DNA from: Bacteroidota bacterium
Lineage (GTDB): Bacteria > Bacteroidota > Bacteroidia > UKL13-3
Length of the DNA stretch: 64,000 nt
NCBI GenBank assembly: GCA_947507965.1
Contig: CANNQU010000009.1
Coordinates: 722 to 64,721, forward strand
Direction of reading: 5' to 3'
In this document: in pieces, positions 10,401 to 19,448 of the stretch
How positions within the stretch are numbered: position 1 is the stretch's first letter
How the letters are laid out: every line of letters starts with the position of its first letter
Translations under genes and position numbers: made by a program
The notes under the pieces: generated by a model
What the model saw: the letters and a program-made list of their open reading frames with translations, nothing else
What the model was told of the DNA's origin: nothing
The model's database searches: none

Positions 10401-10495
10401 TAATATTAACCTTGTTTGTGATACCTGCAATCTATTCCTACTTCTCAAGAAAGAAAACGTCTTTAAAAGAAAATCTAGAAATTACCCAATCATGA
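7403..10495 (+). CDS. RND efflux transporter permease (AcrB/HAE1 family, 12 TM, ~1030 aa)
   Basis: 1030 aa. N-terminus MSLSSISIQRPVLAIVMSIIIIAFG, two large periplasmic loops, and the conserved VVDDGIVVTEN and GLVTKNGILIVEFANQ blocks. Confidence 0.95.
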   Translation: MSLSSISIQRPVLAIVMSIIIIAFGVIGYTFLGVREFPSIDPPIITVRTSYTGAAAEVIESQITEPLEKGLNGIEGIRSISSSSSQGTSQITVEFNLDANLESAANDVRDKVSQAVRQLPQDIDALPTVTKSDANSDAILSLTIQSDSKSQLQVSDYAENVIAERLQTIPGVSTVQIWGQKKYAMRIWMDPSKLASFNLTPLDVKQALDRENVELPSGKISGNTTELTVKTMGKFTDEESFNNMLIKSDGDKVIRLRDIGYALLGPENEETILKLSGVPMIGLAISPQPGANYLDIAEEFYKRVALIKKDLPKDYNLNIALDNTRFIKLSVDEVKDTLIIALILVILIIYLFFRDWLVAFRPLIDIPVSLIGAFFVMYLMGYSINVLTLLAIVLATGLVVDDGIVVTENIFKKIEAGMKPVDAAIKGSNEIFFVVISTSVTLAAVFLPVIFLQGFVGRLFREFGVVIASAVLISAFVSLSLTPMLNAYLVRKNPHKKSSFYNRTEPFFVGMIERYSKSLASFLTVRWWAFVIIFVTLLIIFFVGRKLPSELSPLEDRSWMRLAITAPEGSSFEYTDKFMDKLAKFIVDSVPEKRVCLTVTAPGFSGSGAVNTGFVRLALVTPEYRKRSQQEIANYVTKITKQFPEAKTFVIQQQTISSSGGGSGGGLPVQFVLQAPNFERLKEVIPQFLEEANKSKVFQGVDCNLKFNKPELNLIIDRDKIKNLGLSASDIGQTLQLALSGQRFTYFNMNGKQYQVIGQVTRENRDEPLDLTSIYVKNNKGVLIQLDNVVKLVEESNPPQLYHFNRYKSATVSAGLAPGKTIGDGLEEMKKISKNVLDESFSTAFTGASRDFTESSSNILFAFLFALLLIYLILAAQFESFIDPLIIMLTMVLALAGALLSLWYFNQTLNIFSEIGMIMLIGLVTKNGILIVEFANQLKDKGLDTMEAIKQAAAARLRPILMTSLATSLGALPIALALGAGSKSRMGMGIVVIGGLLFSLILTLFVIPAIYSYFSRKKTSLKENLEITQS

Positions 10496-11796
10496 GAAAC
10501 AAGAGAAACCTTCTGATCCTTTTTGTGTTTTTAGGATTCAACCTCATGGCACAAACTGAATTAAGTTTACAGCAAGCAATAACCATTGCCATACAACATA
10601 ACTATGATATTCAAATGGCTCGCGTAGAGGCTGGTATTTCGGCAACTTCGAATTCTTATGGAAATGCTGGATTCCTTCCCTCAGTTAATTTCATTGCCTC
10701 AACCAACAGTAGTAATTATAATACCAAACAGGAATTTAATACGGGTGCGTTGGTGGACCGAAAAAATGCCTTATCCCAAAGCTTAAATTCAAGCTTCGCC
10801 TTAAACTGGACTTTGTTTGATGGAATGAAAATGTTTGCAACGAAAGATAAACTGGAAGCCATGGAGGCGCAAGGGCAAACCCACCTAAAAACAGAAATGG
10901 AGACACTGGTTTCGAAAGTTATCGTATTGTATTTCGACGTGGTGCGACTGCAGCAACTTCTTAAAGCAACGAATGAAGCGATGAGAATTTATGTAGAAAG
11001 GGAAAAATTTGCCCAAAAGAAATTAGAACTCGGATCAGGCTCAAAACTCGATTTGTTGCAGGCCAAGGTTGATTTAAACGCACAGAAATCAATTCTTCTT
11101 CGATTGAATATGACCATAGGAAATGCTATCATATCATTAAATGAATTACTTACCAAGGTAAGTACCGACACCTACACGGTGGAGGACCGTATTACACTGG
11201 ATGAACATTTGGCTCTAAGTGATTTGAAACAAAATACACTTACTCATAATACTGAATTACAATTCGCCAATAGAAATGTGAACATCGCAAATTATACTTT
11301 GCGGGAAATAAAAAGTAGTGCCTTACCACAAGTAGGTGTAAACTTAAACTACAACCTAACAAAAACAAAAAACCAGGTTGGTTTAATATTGTTAAATCAA
11401 AATTTAGGAATGAATGTAGGCCTTAGTGCTTCTTGGAATTTGTTTAATGGTTATAAGAGTCGCACCCAAATTAGTGGTGCACGCGCCAGTATTGAACTTA
11501 GTAATTTAGCTTACCAGCGAACGGTTTCATGGGTTGATGCCTCCCTTCAAAAAGCTTGGCGAGGTTATCAAAATTCATTAGATATACTAAAACTGGAAGA
11601 AGAAAATATAGGTGTCGCAAAAGAAAACGTAACGGTGGCACTGGAACGCTTTCGTTTAGGAACTTCCAATACCATTGAACTAATGCTTGCGCAAAGAAGT
11701 TATGAAGATGCTCTTACAAGGCTTGTCTCGGCACGCTATGAAGCCAAGCTTTCGGAAACAGCGTTATTACGGCTGCAAGGACAGCTGGTGAAATAG
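10492..11796 (+). CDS. TolC-family outer membrane efflux protein (OMF) completing the RND tripartite pump. Start overlaps the permease stop by 4 nt.
   Basis: 434 aa with a signal peptide and two-repeat alpha-helical/beta-barrel architecture. ATGA overlap with the upstream permease gene. Confidence 0.85.
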   Translation: MRNKRNLLILFVFLGFNLMAQTELSLQQAITIAIQHNYDIQMARVEAGISATSNSYGNAGFLPSVNFIASTNSSNYNTKQEFNTGALVDRKNALSQSLNSSFALNWTLFDGMKMFATKDKLEAMEAQGQTHLKTEMETLVSKVIVLYFDVVRLQQLLKATNEAMRIYVEREKFAQKKLELGSGSKLDLLQAKVDLNAQKSILLRLNMTIGNAIISLNELLTKVSTDTYTVEDRITLDEHLALSDLKQNTLTHNTELQFANRNVNIANYTLREIKSSALPQVGVNLNYNLTKTKNQVGLILLNQNLGMNVGLSASWNLFNGYKSRTQISGARASIELSNLAYQRTVSWVDASLQKAWRGYQNSLDILKLEEENIGVAKENVTVALERFRLGTSNTIELMLAQRSYEDALTRLVSARYEAKLSETALLRLQGQLVK

Positions 11797-11863
11797 CATT
11801 TTATATTTACCACACTAAAAATCTAGAAAGGGTATTGAGTTTCAAAGCAGCGTTCGGCGATTC

Positions 11864-13696
11864 TTATTTTTGGATAATAACCTTAACGCTTTCTCCTAAC
11901 TTGTTTTGTATTAGATACATTCCATTGGGATAGTTTCTTACATCGAAACAAATAACTTCCCCACTTCTACCTTTTGCTGTTGCCAATACTTGCCCTATCG
12001 CATTAAGGAGATAATAATCTAATGTAGCGTTGCCTTTAATAACGATAGAAATGGCTTGGCTTACCGGATTCGGAAACACACCAAAACTCACCGTATGTCC
12101 GGCTGTTATTCCTGCCGCACTTTTAGTAATGGTTATCGTATCGGTTGAGTGGCATCCATTACTGTCTGTTACGGTTGCATAATACGTTCCAGCATTTTTC
12201 ACCGTTAATATATTGCCGGAAAAGCCCGTACTCCAAGTTATCGAACCATTCGTAGGAATGCTCAGTATGGCGCTGTCATTGGCCGCTAAGATCATGGTCT
12301 TGGTCGTACTAATTTTTAGGCGGGATATTGTAATCCTAACGGGGATTTTAATAATTGCCCAATTGGTACTGTTATTCTCAATGAGTAAGGTGTCGATGAT
12401 GGTGTTGCCATTTAAAAGTGCTTGACGAATTGATATCTCGAATGATGTTTTTTTAGCGATCGTAGGATTAGGGTAACTTAAGGTTAATAAATTTTGAGTG
12501 CTTTGTATTTTACTGCATGTAATTGGGGTGTTACCGAGGTTGAATAATACCACTTTATAATTGAGGCTATCATACACAAAATAACTTTTTGAAATCTGTT
12601 GGGTATCACACCAAAGCAATGTTTTTATAGGTGCAACGGAGGTATTTGCGAGGGATGTTATACGTTCTAAAAATTCAGGATGGTCGATGAATGGGTTACG
12701 ATTTTTTTGATAACCAAAAATATCATCATTCCTTTTTCGGTCGATGGCGTCGGGTGGAAATTGAAGGCACCAAGAGCGTAGAACAGATTCCTGAGGTCCG
12801 AAAAAAGAAACAAGGCCATAGCTGGTATTATTATAACGGGTAGCAAAATAAAGCATTGCTCTTGCAGTACGTCCTTTTTGTGCATCGCGAGGTTCAAATA
12901 AAGTAGTGATTCCTTTTGATCCTCCTGCCGACCAAGTTGGATTCGACACCATTCCAAAAGGGTTATTACTTCTATAATTATTGGCTGCGTCATCGGTAGG
13001 AAACAAGTGATTCAAATCGCTCACCATAGGAGTAGCCGAGCCGAATAAACTTTGGGGCCAAGTGTGTTCTGTATTAAAACTATTATTGTTTTGGCAATCG
13101 GTACGGTTGGCATAACCTAAGGCTAAACGTCCGGTATAAATGCATTCCAACGTGTTTTGCGTAGCCCCTTGTCCGTTTGTTTTTTTATTATCAAACTCCA
13201 TAAACATTTTATCGCGAGCTGCAGCATAGCTATAACTTTGATAATTCATGGCCAAGATGGTGTTCAGAGAAGCTTTTAAATTTTCATCGAATTTATTATA
13301 CGTGCTATCATAATAGCTCTCTATAAATTTCCCATATCCTTTGATGGGAAGTGAGAAATTACCCGACGAAGTATGAACTATTAAAGTACTATTGTATTCT
13401 ATGTTTTGGAGCGGCAAGAAATAGACCTTTAAAATTTTGGAAGCTGCAGGCGCTAACCAAAAGGAGGTCGTATCACTCATCTGGAACTCCATATTAGGGC
13501 AATCAACAGATTTGATTTTAAAATATCCGCAGCTATTATTGTGGAGCGTAATATTGACACTATCCTTGCTTGTCGTATTCACCGGCTGAGTGAATTCGAT
13601 GGGTGAGGGAGAAAAAGTTAAATTCTGTGCAAACAAAGAACCCGTAAAAGGTAGCATTAGCGAACTAAAAAACACACGGATAGATACGTTAAACAT
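11864..13696 (-). CDS. Secreted endonuclease I-family extracellular nuclease (EndA/NucM-like domain) with a C-terminal type A T9SS sorting domain
   Basis: NTEHTWPQSLFG, LNHLFPTDDAANNYRSNNPFG and RNDDIFGYQKNRNPFIDHPE blocks match the endonuclease I (PF04231) signature. The C-terminus FPNPVSQAISIVIKGNATLDYYLLNAIGQVL...YLIQNK... is a typical Por/T9SS CTD. N-terminal signal peptide present. Confidence 0.75.
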   Translation of the reverse strand: MFNVSIRVFFSSLMLPFTGSLFAQNLTFSPSPIEFTQPVNTTSKDSVNITLHNNSCGYFKIKSVDCPNMEFQMSDTTSFWLAPAASKILKVYFLPLQNIEYNSTLIVHTSSGNFSLPIKGYGKFIESYYDSTYNKFDENLKASLNTILAMNYQSYSYAAARDKMFMEFDNKKTNGQGATQNTLECIYTGRLALGYANRTDCQNNNSFNTEHTWPQSLFGSATPMVSDLNHLFPTDDAANNYRSNNPFGMVSNPTWSAGGSKGITTLFEPRDAQKGRTARAMLYFATRYNNTSYGLVSFFGPQESVLRSWCLQFPPDAIDRKRNDDIFGYQKNRNPFIDHPEFLERITSLANTSVAPIKTLLWCDTQQISKSYFVYDSLNYKVVLFNLGNTPITCSKIQSTQNLLTLSYPNPTIAKKTSFEISIRQALLNGNTIIDTLLIENNSTNWAIIKIPVRITISRLKISTTKTMILAANDSAILSIPTNGSITWSTGFSGNILTVKNAGTYYATVTDSNGCHSTDTITITKSAAGITAGHTVSFGVFPNPVSQAISIVIKGNATLDYYLLNAIGQVLATAKGRSGEVICFDVRNYPNGMYLIQNKLGESVKVIIQK

Positions 13697-13793
13697 AAGG
13701 CAAATAACTCAAAAAAAAACAAAAAATGGATAAGGAATTTGTGTTTTTACTGAAAATAGGTTTTATTTGTAATTCGAATATTTATTTTTTTAA

Positions 13794-14300
13794 ATGAAAA
13801 GAGTATTACCTTCTTTTTTTCTTTTTTTTCTTTTTACTAATTTTTCAATTGGAACGGGAGGAAATGAATGCTCCGGAGAACGTAATAAACGGGAAAGGAT
13901 AAACCTCATTCTTGATTTATTCAGTAAAGATGGTGATTTTATTCTGGGACGTGAGATGTCGAAAATCATTAAAAATCCCAACGGCGACAAAGGGGCGATT
14001 AAGTGCTTTTTGAACAATAATATCGAAAAAATAACCTATCATGAAGGTAAGTTTCTGTTTAAGATGCTTAATCAACAAAACCAGTGGCTTACCTTATCTC
14101 CGACCTTAAAGGGGGTAAAAGTGAAGTTTCCCATTCTTATAAAGCATAATGCCAGTATTGAAGTTTCTCGTACGAAAGAGGAAATCATTTTTATCATTCG
14201 TGGCATTCAACTATATGGTTTCGATTTAGAAAAAATCGTTGTCTCCGATCATTTAATGACCGTATATAAGTATGGTACCATTGTCTATCAGCGTAGCTAA
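13794..14300 (+). CDS. Hypothetical protein (168 aa) with a hydrophobic N-terminus
   Basis: ORF only, no family recognised. Supported by a downstream terminator-like hairpin. Confidence 0.4.
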   Translation: MKRVLPSFFLFFLFTNFSIGTGGNECSGERNKRERINLILDLFSKDGDFILGREMSKIIKNPNGDKGAIKCFLNNNIEKITYHEGKFLFKMLNQQNQWLTLSPTLKGVKVKFPILIKHNASIEVSRTKEEIIFIIRGIQLYGFDLEKIVVSDHLMTVYKYGTIVYQRS

Positions 14301-14304
14301 TTGG

Positions 14305-14343
14305 ACCGAACGGTTATATGGTCGGTTCGGTAGTTTATTTTTC
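14305..14343 (+). terminator. Putative rho-independent terminator: ACCGAAC-(13 nt)-GTTCGGT stem followed by GTTTATTTTTC
   Basis: 7-bp perfect stem plus T-run, seen directly. Lies downstream of 13794-14300 and upstream of purB. Confidence 0.35.
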
Positions 14344-14358
14344 TAAATTTGTATCACT

Positions 14359-15702
14359 ATGGAATTAAATGCATTAACAGCAGTATCTCCAATCGACGGA
14401 AGATATCAACAACAAACTCAGATTCTTCAGAAATATTTCAGTGAGTTCGCATTGATGAAGTATCGCGTGATCGTGGAAATAGAATATTTCATTGCCTTGT
14501 GTGAGTTGCCCCTGCCACAATTACAACGTATTAACTTCAAGCAAATGGTTGCCACATTGGTTGCTATTAGAAATAATTTCAGTATAGAAGATGCGCAACA
14601 AATAAAAACGATTGAGGCGACTACCAATCATGATGTAAAAGCAGTAGAGTATTTTCTTCGTGAAAAATTCATCGCTGCCGGATTAGAAGAACATGTCGAG
14701 TTTATTCACTTCGGACTCACCTCACAGGATATAAATAATACCGCCATTCCGCTGAGTATTAAAGAGGCAATAGAAGAAGTTTATCTTCCCTTATTGCAAA
14801 AGGTGAAAAACAAATTAGATGCTTTATCCGAAAACTGGAAATCGGTACCTATGCTAGCGCACACGCACGGACAACCAGCGTCACCAACAAAATTAGGGAA
14901 AGAGATAAAGATTTTTTCGGAAAGGATTTTGCATCAAATTTATCAGTTAGAGGTAATTCCTTACAGCGCAAAATTTGGGGGCGCCACCGGGAATTTTAAC
15001 GCCCATCTGGTGGCCTATCCAGATATCAATTGGGTTGAATTTGGGAATCATTTCACCGCGATCTTCGGATTACAGCGTACCCAATATACAACCCAAATAG
15101 AAAATTATGATAACCTTGCTGCTACCTGCGATGCCATGCAGCGAATCAATACGATATGCATTGATTTATGTCGGGATATATGGCATTACATCAGCATCCA
15201 TTATTTCAATCAGAAAACAAAAGATGGCGAAGTTGGCAGTAGCGCCATGCCACATAAGGTAAATCCAATTGATTTCGAAAATGCAGAGGGTAACTTAGGG
15301 ATGGCCAATTCGTTGCTTCATTTCTTTTCTTCGAAACTCCCGGTCTCTCGGCTTCAGCGCGACCTTACCGACAGTACGGTACTTAGAAATATAGGCGTTC
15401 CTATGGCGCATACCCTTATTGCATTCAATTCTATTTTAAAAGGGTTGGAAAAGCTGGTGTTAAATGAGAAACAATTACATGATGATTTAGATGCCAACTG
15501 GGCGGTATGTGCAGAGGCGTTACAAACCATTCTGAGAAGAGAAAACTATCCTCATCCATACGAGGCATTGAAACAACTCACGCGTGGGCAAGCCATTACA
15601 CAAGATACCTTGTTTTCATTTATCGAAACACTTAACGTAAGTGATGAAATAAAAACAGAATTGAAAAAGATCACGCCATTTAATTATACCGGAGTGTATT
15701 AG
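14359..15702 (+). CDS. purB: Adenylosuccinate lyase
   Basis: 447 aa. SPIDGRY near the N-terminus and the catalytic signature SSAMPHKVNPIDFENAEGN (fumarate lyase family). Confidence 0.95.
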   Translation: MELNALTAVSPIDGRYQQQTQILQKYFSEFALMKYRVIVEIEYFIALCELPLPQLQRINFKQMVATLVAIRNNFSIEDAQQIKTIEATTNHDVKAVEYFLREKFIAAGLEEHVEFIHFGLTSQDINNTAIPLSIKEAIEEVYLPLLQKVKNKLDALSENWKSVPMLAHTHGQPASPTKLGKEIKIFSERILHQIYQLEVIPYSAKFGGATGNFNAHLVAYPDINWVEFGNHFTAIFGLQRTQYTTQIENYDNLAATCDAMQRINTICIDLCRDIWHYISIHYFNQKTKDGEVGSSAMPHKVNPIDFENAEGNLGMANSLLHFFSSKLPVSRLQRDLTDSTVLRNIGVPMAHTLIAFNSILKGLEKLVLNEKQLHDDLDANWAVCAEALQTILRRENYPHPYEALKQLTRGQAITQDTLFSFIETLNVSDEIKTELKKITPFNYTGVY

Positions 15703-15779
15703 TGCCTTTCTTCAAAAAAAGCAGGAGCATAAAAAGGGCCATCCACTTGGACAGCCTTTTTAGTACGATGAGATACGCT

Positions 15780-17234
15780 TTATTCTATACCTAGCGCATA
15801 ATATCCTTTGGTACCATCGGGGTTCACCCCCTCCACCAATACACCACCTTTCTTATTTACAATAGCAGCCGTTACCTCGCTCACGGAGCTCACCTCGTTT
15901 TTATCTACCTTGGTAATTACAAACCCTTCAGGGATACCGGCATTTTTAAATTTGCCGGGCCCCACTTTGGTTACTTTAACTCCATTTTTCAATTCAAGTT
16001 TTTGCAGGGAATTTTTATCCATACTGGCAAATTCGGCGCCTAAAGCACGACCCGTTTCTACCGAGGCACTTTCCGTAATTTTAGTATTACCTGCCTCATT
16101 TTTTAGAACCACATCCGCTGTTTTCAAAACCTGATCGCGCAGGTAGGTGATGACAACTTTGTCGCCCGGTTTGCGCCGGCTAATCTGCTCTTGAAGCTCC
16201 GACACCGAATTTATTTCGACGTTATCGACTTTCAAAATTACATCACCCTTCTTCAGGCCGGCATCCATAGCGGCACTGCCTTCGTTCGATTTTTCTACAA
16301 ACACTCCTTTTATTTCTTTTAGGTCGTTCTCTTCGGCTTTTTTCGAATCGATATCACTAATTTGTATTCCAAGATAACCACGTTGTACCTTTCCATATTT
16401 ATGCAAATCGTCGACTACTTTCTTTACAATATTAACCGGAACAGCAAAAGAATATCCTTCATAATTTCCTGTTTGAGATGCGATCGCTGTATTTATTCCG
16501 ACGAGCTCCCCTTTGGTATTTACCAGGGCCCCACCACTATTTCCTGGATTCACCGCAGCATCTGTTTGAATAAAGGCTTCAACCGGCGATGATCCATTGA
16601 TTAAACGAATATTTCTAGCTTTCGCGCTCACAATTCCAGCGGTAACCGTTGAGGTTAAGTTAAAAGGATTGCCCACCGCCAACACCCATTCTCCCACCTT
16701 AATATCGTCGCTGTTGCCATAGCTTACAAAGGGTAACTTTTCTTTTGGATCTATTTTGATTAAAGCGATATCGAAATTTGGGTCTGTGCCAATAACCGTT
16801 CCTTTATAGCTCTTTTTGTTGTTTAAAACGACTTCAATGCTTCCACCACCTTCTATTACATGGTTATTGGTTACGATGTATCCATCGTCGCTTAAAATAA
16901 CGCCCGAACCAGCTTTCAGCGATGGCCCGGAGGGCGGCATGCTAAAGCCATGCTTTCTAAAAAACTCCAAAGGGTCAAATTGCTCTTGATTATCGCCCTC
17001 TTCGGCGGCAGCCTCACTACTTCCCGATACTTTTACATGCACTACGGCCGGAGTAACAAGCAGAGCAGCATTAATGAAATTGGCTTGTGGCATATCGCCG
17101 GTTGAACTGGTAAATTGGAAATTTTGCTTCGCACCCAATTCGATGGGTTCGCTTTTCGTCAATACCTTTGCTAGGCCTAGTGCAGAAGCACCACCCAGTA
17201 GTGCGATTCCGAAAAATAAAAAATACTTTCTCAT
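15780..17234 (-). CDS. htrA: Periplasmic serine endoprotease, Do/DegP/HtrA family (trypsin-like domain + two PDZ domains)
   Basis: 484 aa with a signal peptide, catalytic triad context (TNNHVIEGG, D, GNSGGALVN), and two PDZ-like segments. Confidence 0.9.
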   Translation of the reverse strand: MRKYFLFFGIALLGGASALGLAKVLTKSEPIELGAKQNFQFTSSTGDMPQANFINAALLVTPAVVHVKVSGSSEAAAEEGDNQEQFDPLEFFRKHGFSMPPSGPSLKAGSGVILSDDGYIVTNNHVIEGGGSIEVVLNNKKSYKGTVIGTDPNFDIALIKIDPKEKLPFVSYGNSDDIKVGEWVLAVGNPFNLTSTVTAGIVSAKARNIRLINGSSPVEAFIQTDAAVNPGNSGGALVNTKGELVGINTAIASQTGNYEGYSFAVPVNIVKKVVDDLHKYGKVQRGYLGIQISDIDSKKAEENDLKEIKGVFVEKSNEGSAAMDAGLKKGDVILKVDNVEINSVSELQEQISRRKPGDKVVITYLRDQVLKTADVVLKNEAGNTKITESASVETGRALGAEFASMDKNSLQKLELKNGVKVTKVGPGKFKNAGIPEGFVITKVDKNEVSSVSEVTAAIVNKKGGVLVEGVNPDGTKGYYALGIE

Positions 17235-17476
17235 GTTGGAAATGGATAAAAATGAAATTAGTTAGTTAATAAATTAATTTATAGTAAAAATAAAATCATA
17301 TTATTGAAAAAGCGAATTTAGAATAAATGTTATTATATTGTTTCTAAAAAGTTGTTAAGTAGCTTATTTTTGCAATTCTTAACCCTATTCATACGCTCAT
17401 TTTAATAAATAGTTACACCCCAGGATGAAGTATTATTTTACACCCTCAATTTACCTTTCTTTACGTAAAGATATCA

Positions 17477-18040
17477 ATGGCTCGTAAACGACATTATAGC
17501 GACACGGAGATACTGCAGGAGATTCGTACAGGCAACCAGCAGATATTGATTTACCTGTTCGAGGAGAACTACTCAAGCATTAAGAAATATGTGCTTCAAA
17601 ATAGTGGCTCTATCGATGATGTGGATGATGTTTTGCAGGAAGCGGTGATCATTGTATGGCAAAATTCCGCAAAGCAAGAGTTTCAACTGTCGTCGGCCTT
17701 AAACACGTATATATACGCCATTGTAAAAAATTTATGGCTAAAAGCATTAAAGAAAAAACAACGAATTGTAAATATTAATGATAATGAGTACGACCATATT
17801 AACCCGGTAACACAGGGTGCCTCACAGTTCGACCGAAAGGTTCTACTGAAATGCATGGATGAAGTAGGGGAAACCTGTAAACAACTGCTATCGTACTATT
17901 ACTTTGATGGATATAACATGACACAAATTGGCGATCTGCTTGGCTTTAATAATGCCGATACCGTGAAAGCCAAAAAATATCAATGCCTGAAACGCTTGCA
18001 AGAAATTATAAAACAACGATTTGGTAAACACGATTTATAA
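17477..18040 (+). CDS. RNA polymerase sigma-70 family ECF sigma factor
   Basis: 187 aa. Region 2-like DDVLQEAVIIVWQN...YIYAIVKNLW and region 4 HTH MTQIGDLLGFNNADTVKAKKYQCLKRL. Divergent from htrA. Confidence 0.8.
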   Translation: MARKRHYSDTEILQEIRTGNQQILIYLFEENYSSIKKYVLQNSGSIDDVDDVLQEAVIIVWQNSAKQEFQLSSALNTYIYAIVKNLWLKALKKKQRIVNINDNEYDHINPVTQGASQFDRKVLLKCMDEVGETCKQLLSYYYFDGYNMTQIGDLLGFNNADTVKAKKYQCLKRLQEIIKQRFGKHDL

Positions 18041-18048
18041 ACTTTTAC

Positions 18049-18993
18049 ATGGAAACCAATAATATTGAGTTGCTTGAAGCGTATCTAAAAGGAAGCTTAA
18101 CGAAAGAGCAACAAACGCAAGTTGAATTGCGGCTGAACACCGATGCCGTATTTAAAGAAGACTATGAAATGTATCGTCTCATGCTCTCGGCTATTACTGA
18201 AAACCGAAAAACCGAATTGAAGACCTTTATTTCTAGGAATGTAAAGGTAAAACCGGCTCCATTTTTCCGTACCACTACTTTTTATACCGCTGCCGCTGCT
18301 TCTGTGGTATTGTGCCTGATCAGTTATTTTGTGGTTTATAAGAGGTTGGCAGAGCAAAATTCACTGGCTCAAACAGAAACAAAAGAAGCAAAATCGGAGG
18401 CCGCTATTATTGCCCATGAAGACACGATTACGACGTTATCAAATAAAGAAACGGCACAATACAAGGTTGATTACACGGTAGAAAGTTCGAAACCGGATAA
18501 CTCCGAGCAAGGGCTAAAAATAGCGGCTCTGAGCGAAAAAGACCAATTGGAGAATCGAAACGGTGGTAATGCTACACGTGTCATGGACGACGTGTCGGCT
18601 AGTCCGGAGGACATTAAAGTAGAAAGCGATATGATGTTATTGGATACTTTTTTATTCATACCTCGAAAAATTTATATTGCCAAACCAAAGCAATACCAAA
18701 ATACCCCTAACGATATTTATGCCCTCATAACCACCGGCGATAAACTAAAGCTGGAAGTGCAATTTTGGAGATCACCGATAAACTATGTCGGCTATAAGCT
18801 CGATAAGAATGTACTTGCCATTTATGGTAATTTCGATGCTTCGCTTGCTTCATTTCAGGAGTTACGAGACACGGTTTACCTAAAATACAAGAACGATTAT
18901 TATGAGATTTCTCCTAGCGAAACATTTAGAGGGATGAAGAAGGAGTTAGATTCTAAAATCATTGCTGATTTAGATGTGATAGAGAAAAAATAG
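18049..18993 (+). CDS. Putative anti-sigma factor / membrane protein (single TM) immediately downstream of the ECF sigma factor
   Basis: 314 aa. N-terminal LLEAYLKGSLTKEQQTQVELRL motif common in Bacteroidota anti-sigma factors, one TM helix (FYTAAAASVVLCLISYFVVY), and an 8-nt gap to the sigma gene. Confidence 0.5.
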   Translation: METNNIELLEAYLKGSLTKEQQTQVELRLNTDAVFKEDYEMYRLMLSAITENRKTELKTFISRNVKVKPAPFFRTTTFYTAAAASVVLCLISYFVVYKRLAEQNSLAQTETKEAKSEAAIIAHEDTITTLSNKETAQYKVDYTVESSKPDNSEQGLKIAALSEKDQLENRNGGNATRVMDDVSASPEDIKVESDMMLLDTFLFIPRKIYIAKPKQYQNTPNDIYALITTGDKLKLEVQFWRSPINYVGYKLDKNVLAIYGNFDASLASFQELRDTVYLKYKNDYYEISPSETFRGMKKELDSKIIADLDVIEKK

Positions 18994-18999
18994 GTAGCT

Positions 19000-19413
19000 T
19001 TGTATTCTCAATCACCACCCATGCCCACTTTATTTACAAAAATAATTAATGGAGATATTCCCTCCTATAAAATTGCGGAAGACGAGAATTATCTTGCTTT
19101 CCTCGATGTGTTTCCATTGAAAGCCGGTCACACCTTAGTGATTCCTAAAATCGAGAATGACTATATTTTTGATTTGGATGATGCACTACTGGCGGGTTTA
19201 ATGATATTTGCAAAAAAGGTTGCTCTGGCAATGAAAAAAGCGGTTCCTTGTAAGAGGATAGGCATTGCCGTGATAGGTCTGGAGGTGCCACATACGCATA
19301 TTCATCTGATTCCGATGGAGCATGTCGGCGATTTAAATTTCGCAAATCCTAAATTACAAATTTCGGCAGATGAAATGCAGAAGATTGCTGACCGAATAAA
19401 GCTGAATTTTTAG
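19000..19413 (+). CDS. HIT-family (histidine triad) nucleotide-binding protein
   Basis: 137 aa with the HTHIHLIP histidine triad motif. Confidence 0.9.
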   Translation: MYSQSPPMPTLFTKIINGDIPSYKIAEDENYLAFLDVFPLKAGHTLVIPKIENDYIFDLDDALLAGLMIFAKKVALAMKKAVPCKRIGIAVIGLEVPHTHIHLIPMEHVGDLNFANPKLQISADEMQKIADRIKLNF

Positions 19414-19448
19414 TCTTTTTTTAGTCCCTCCGGGACCATTCTCTACCG

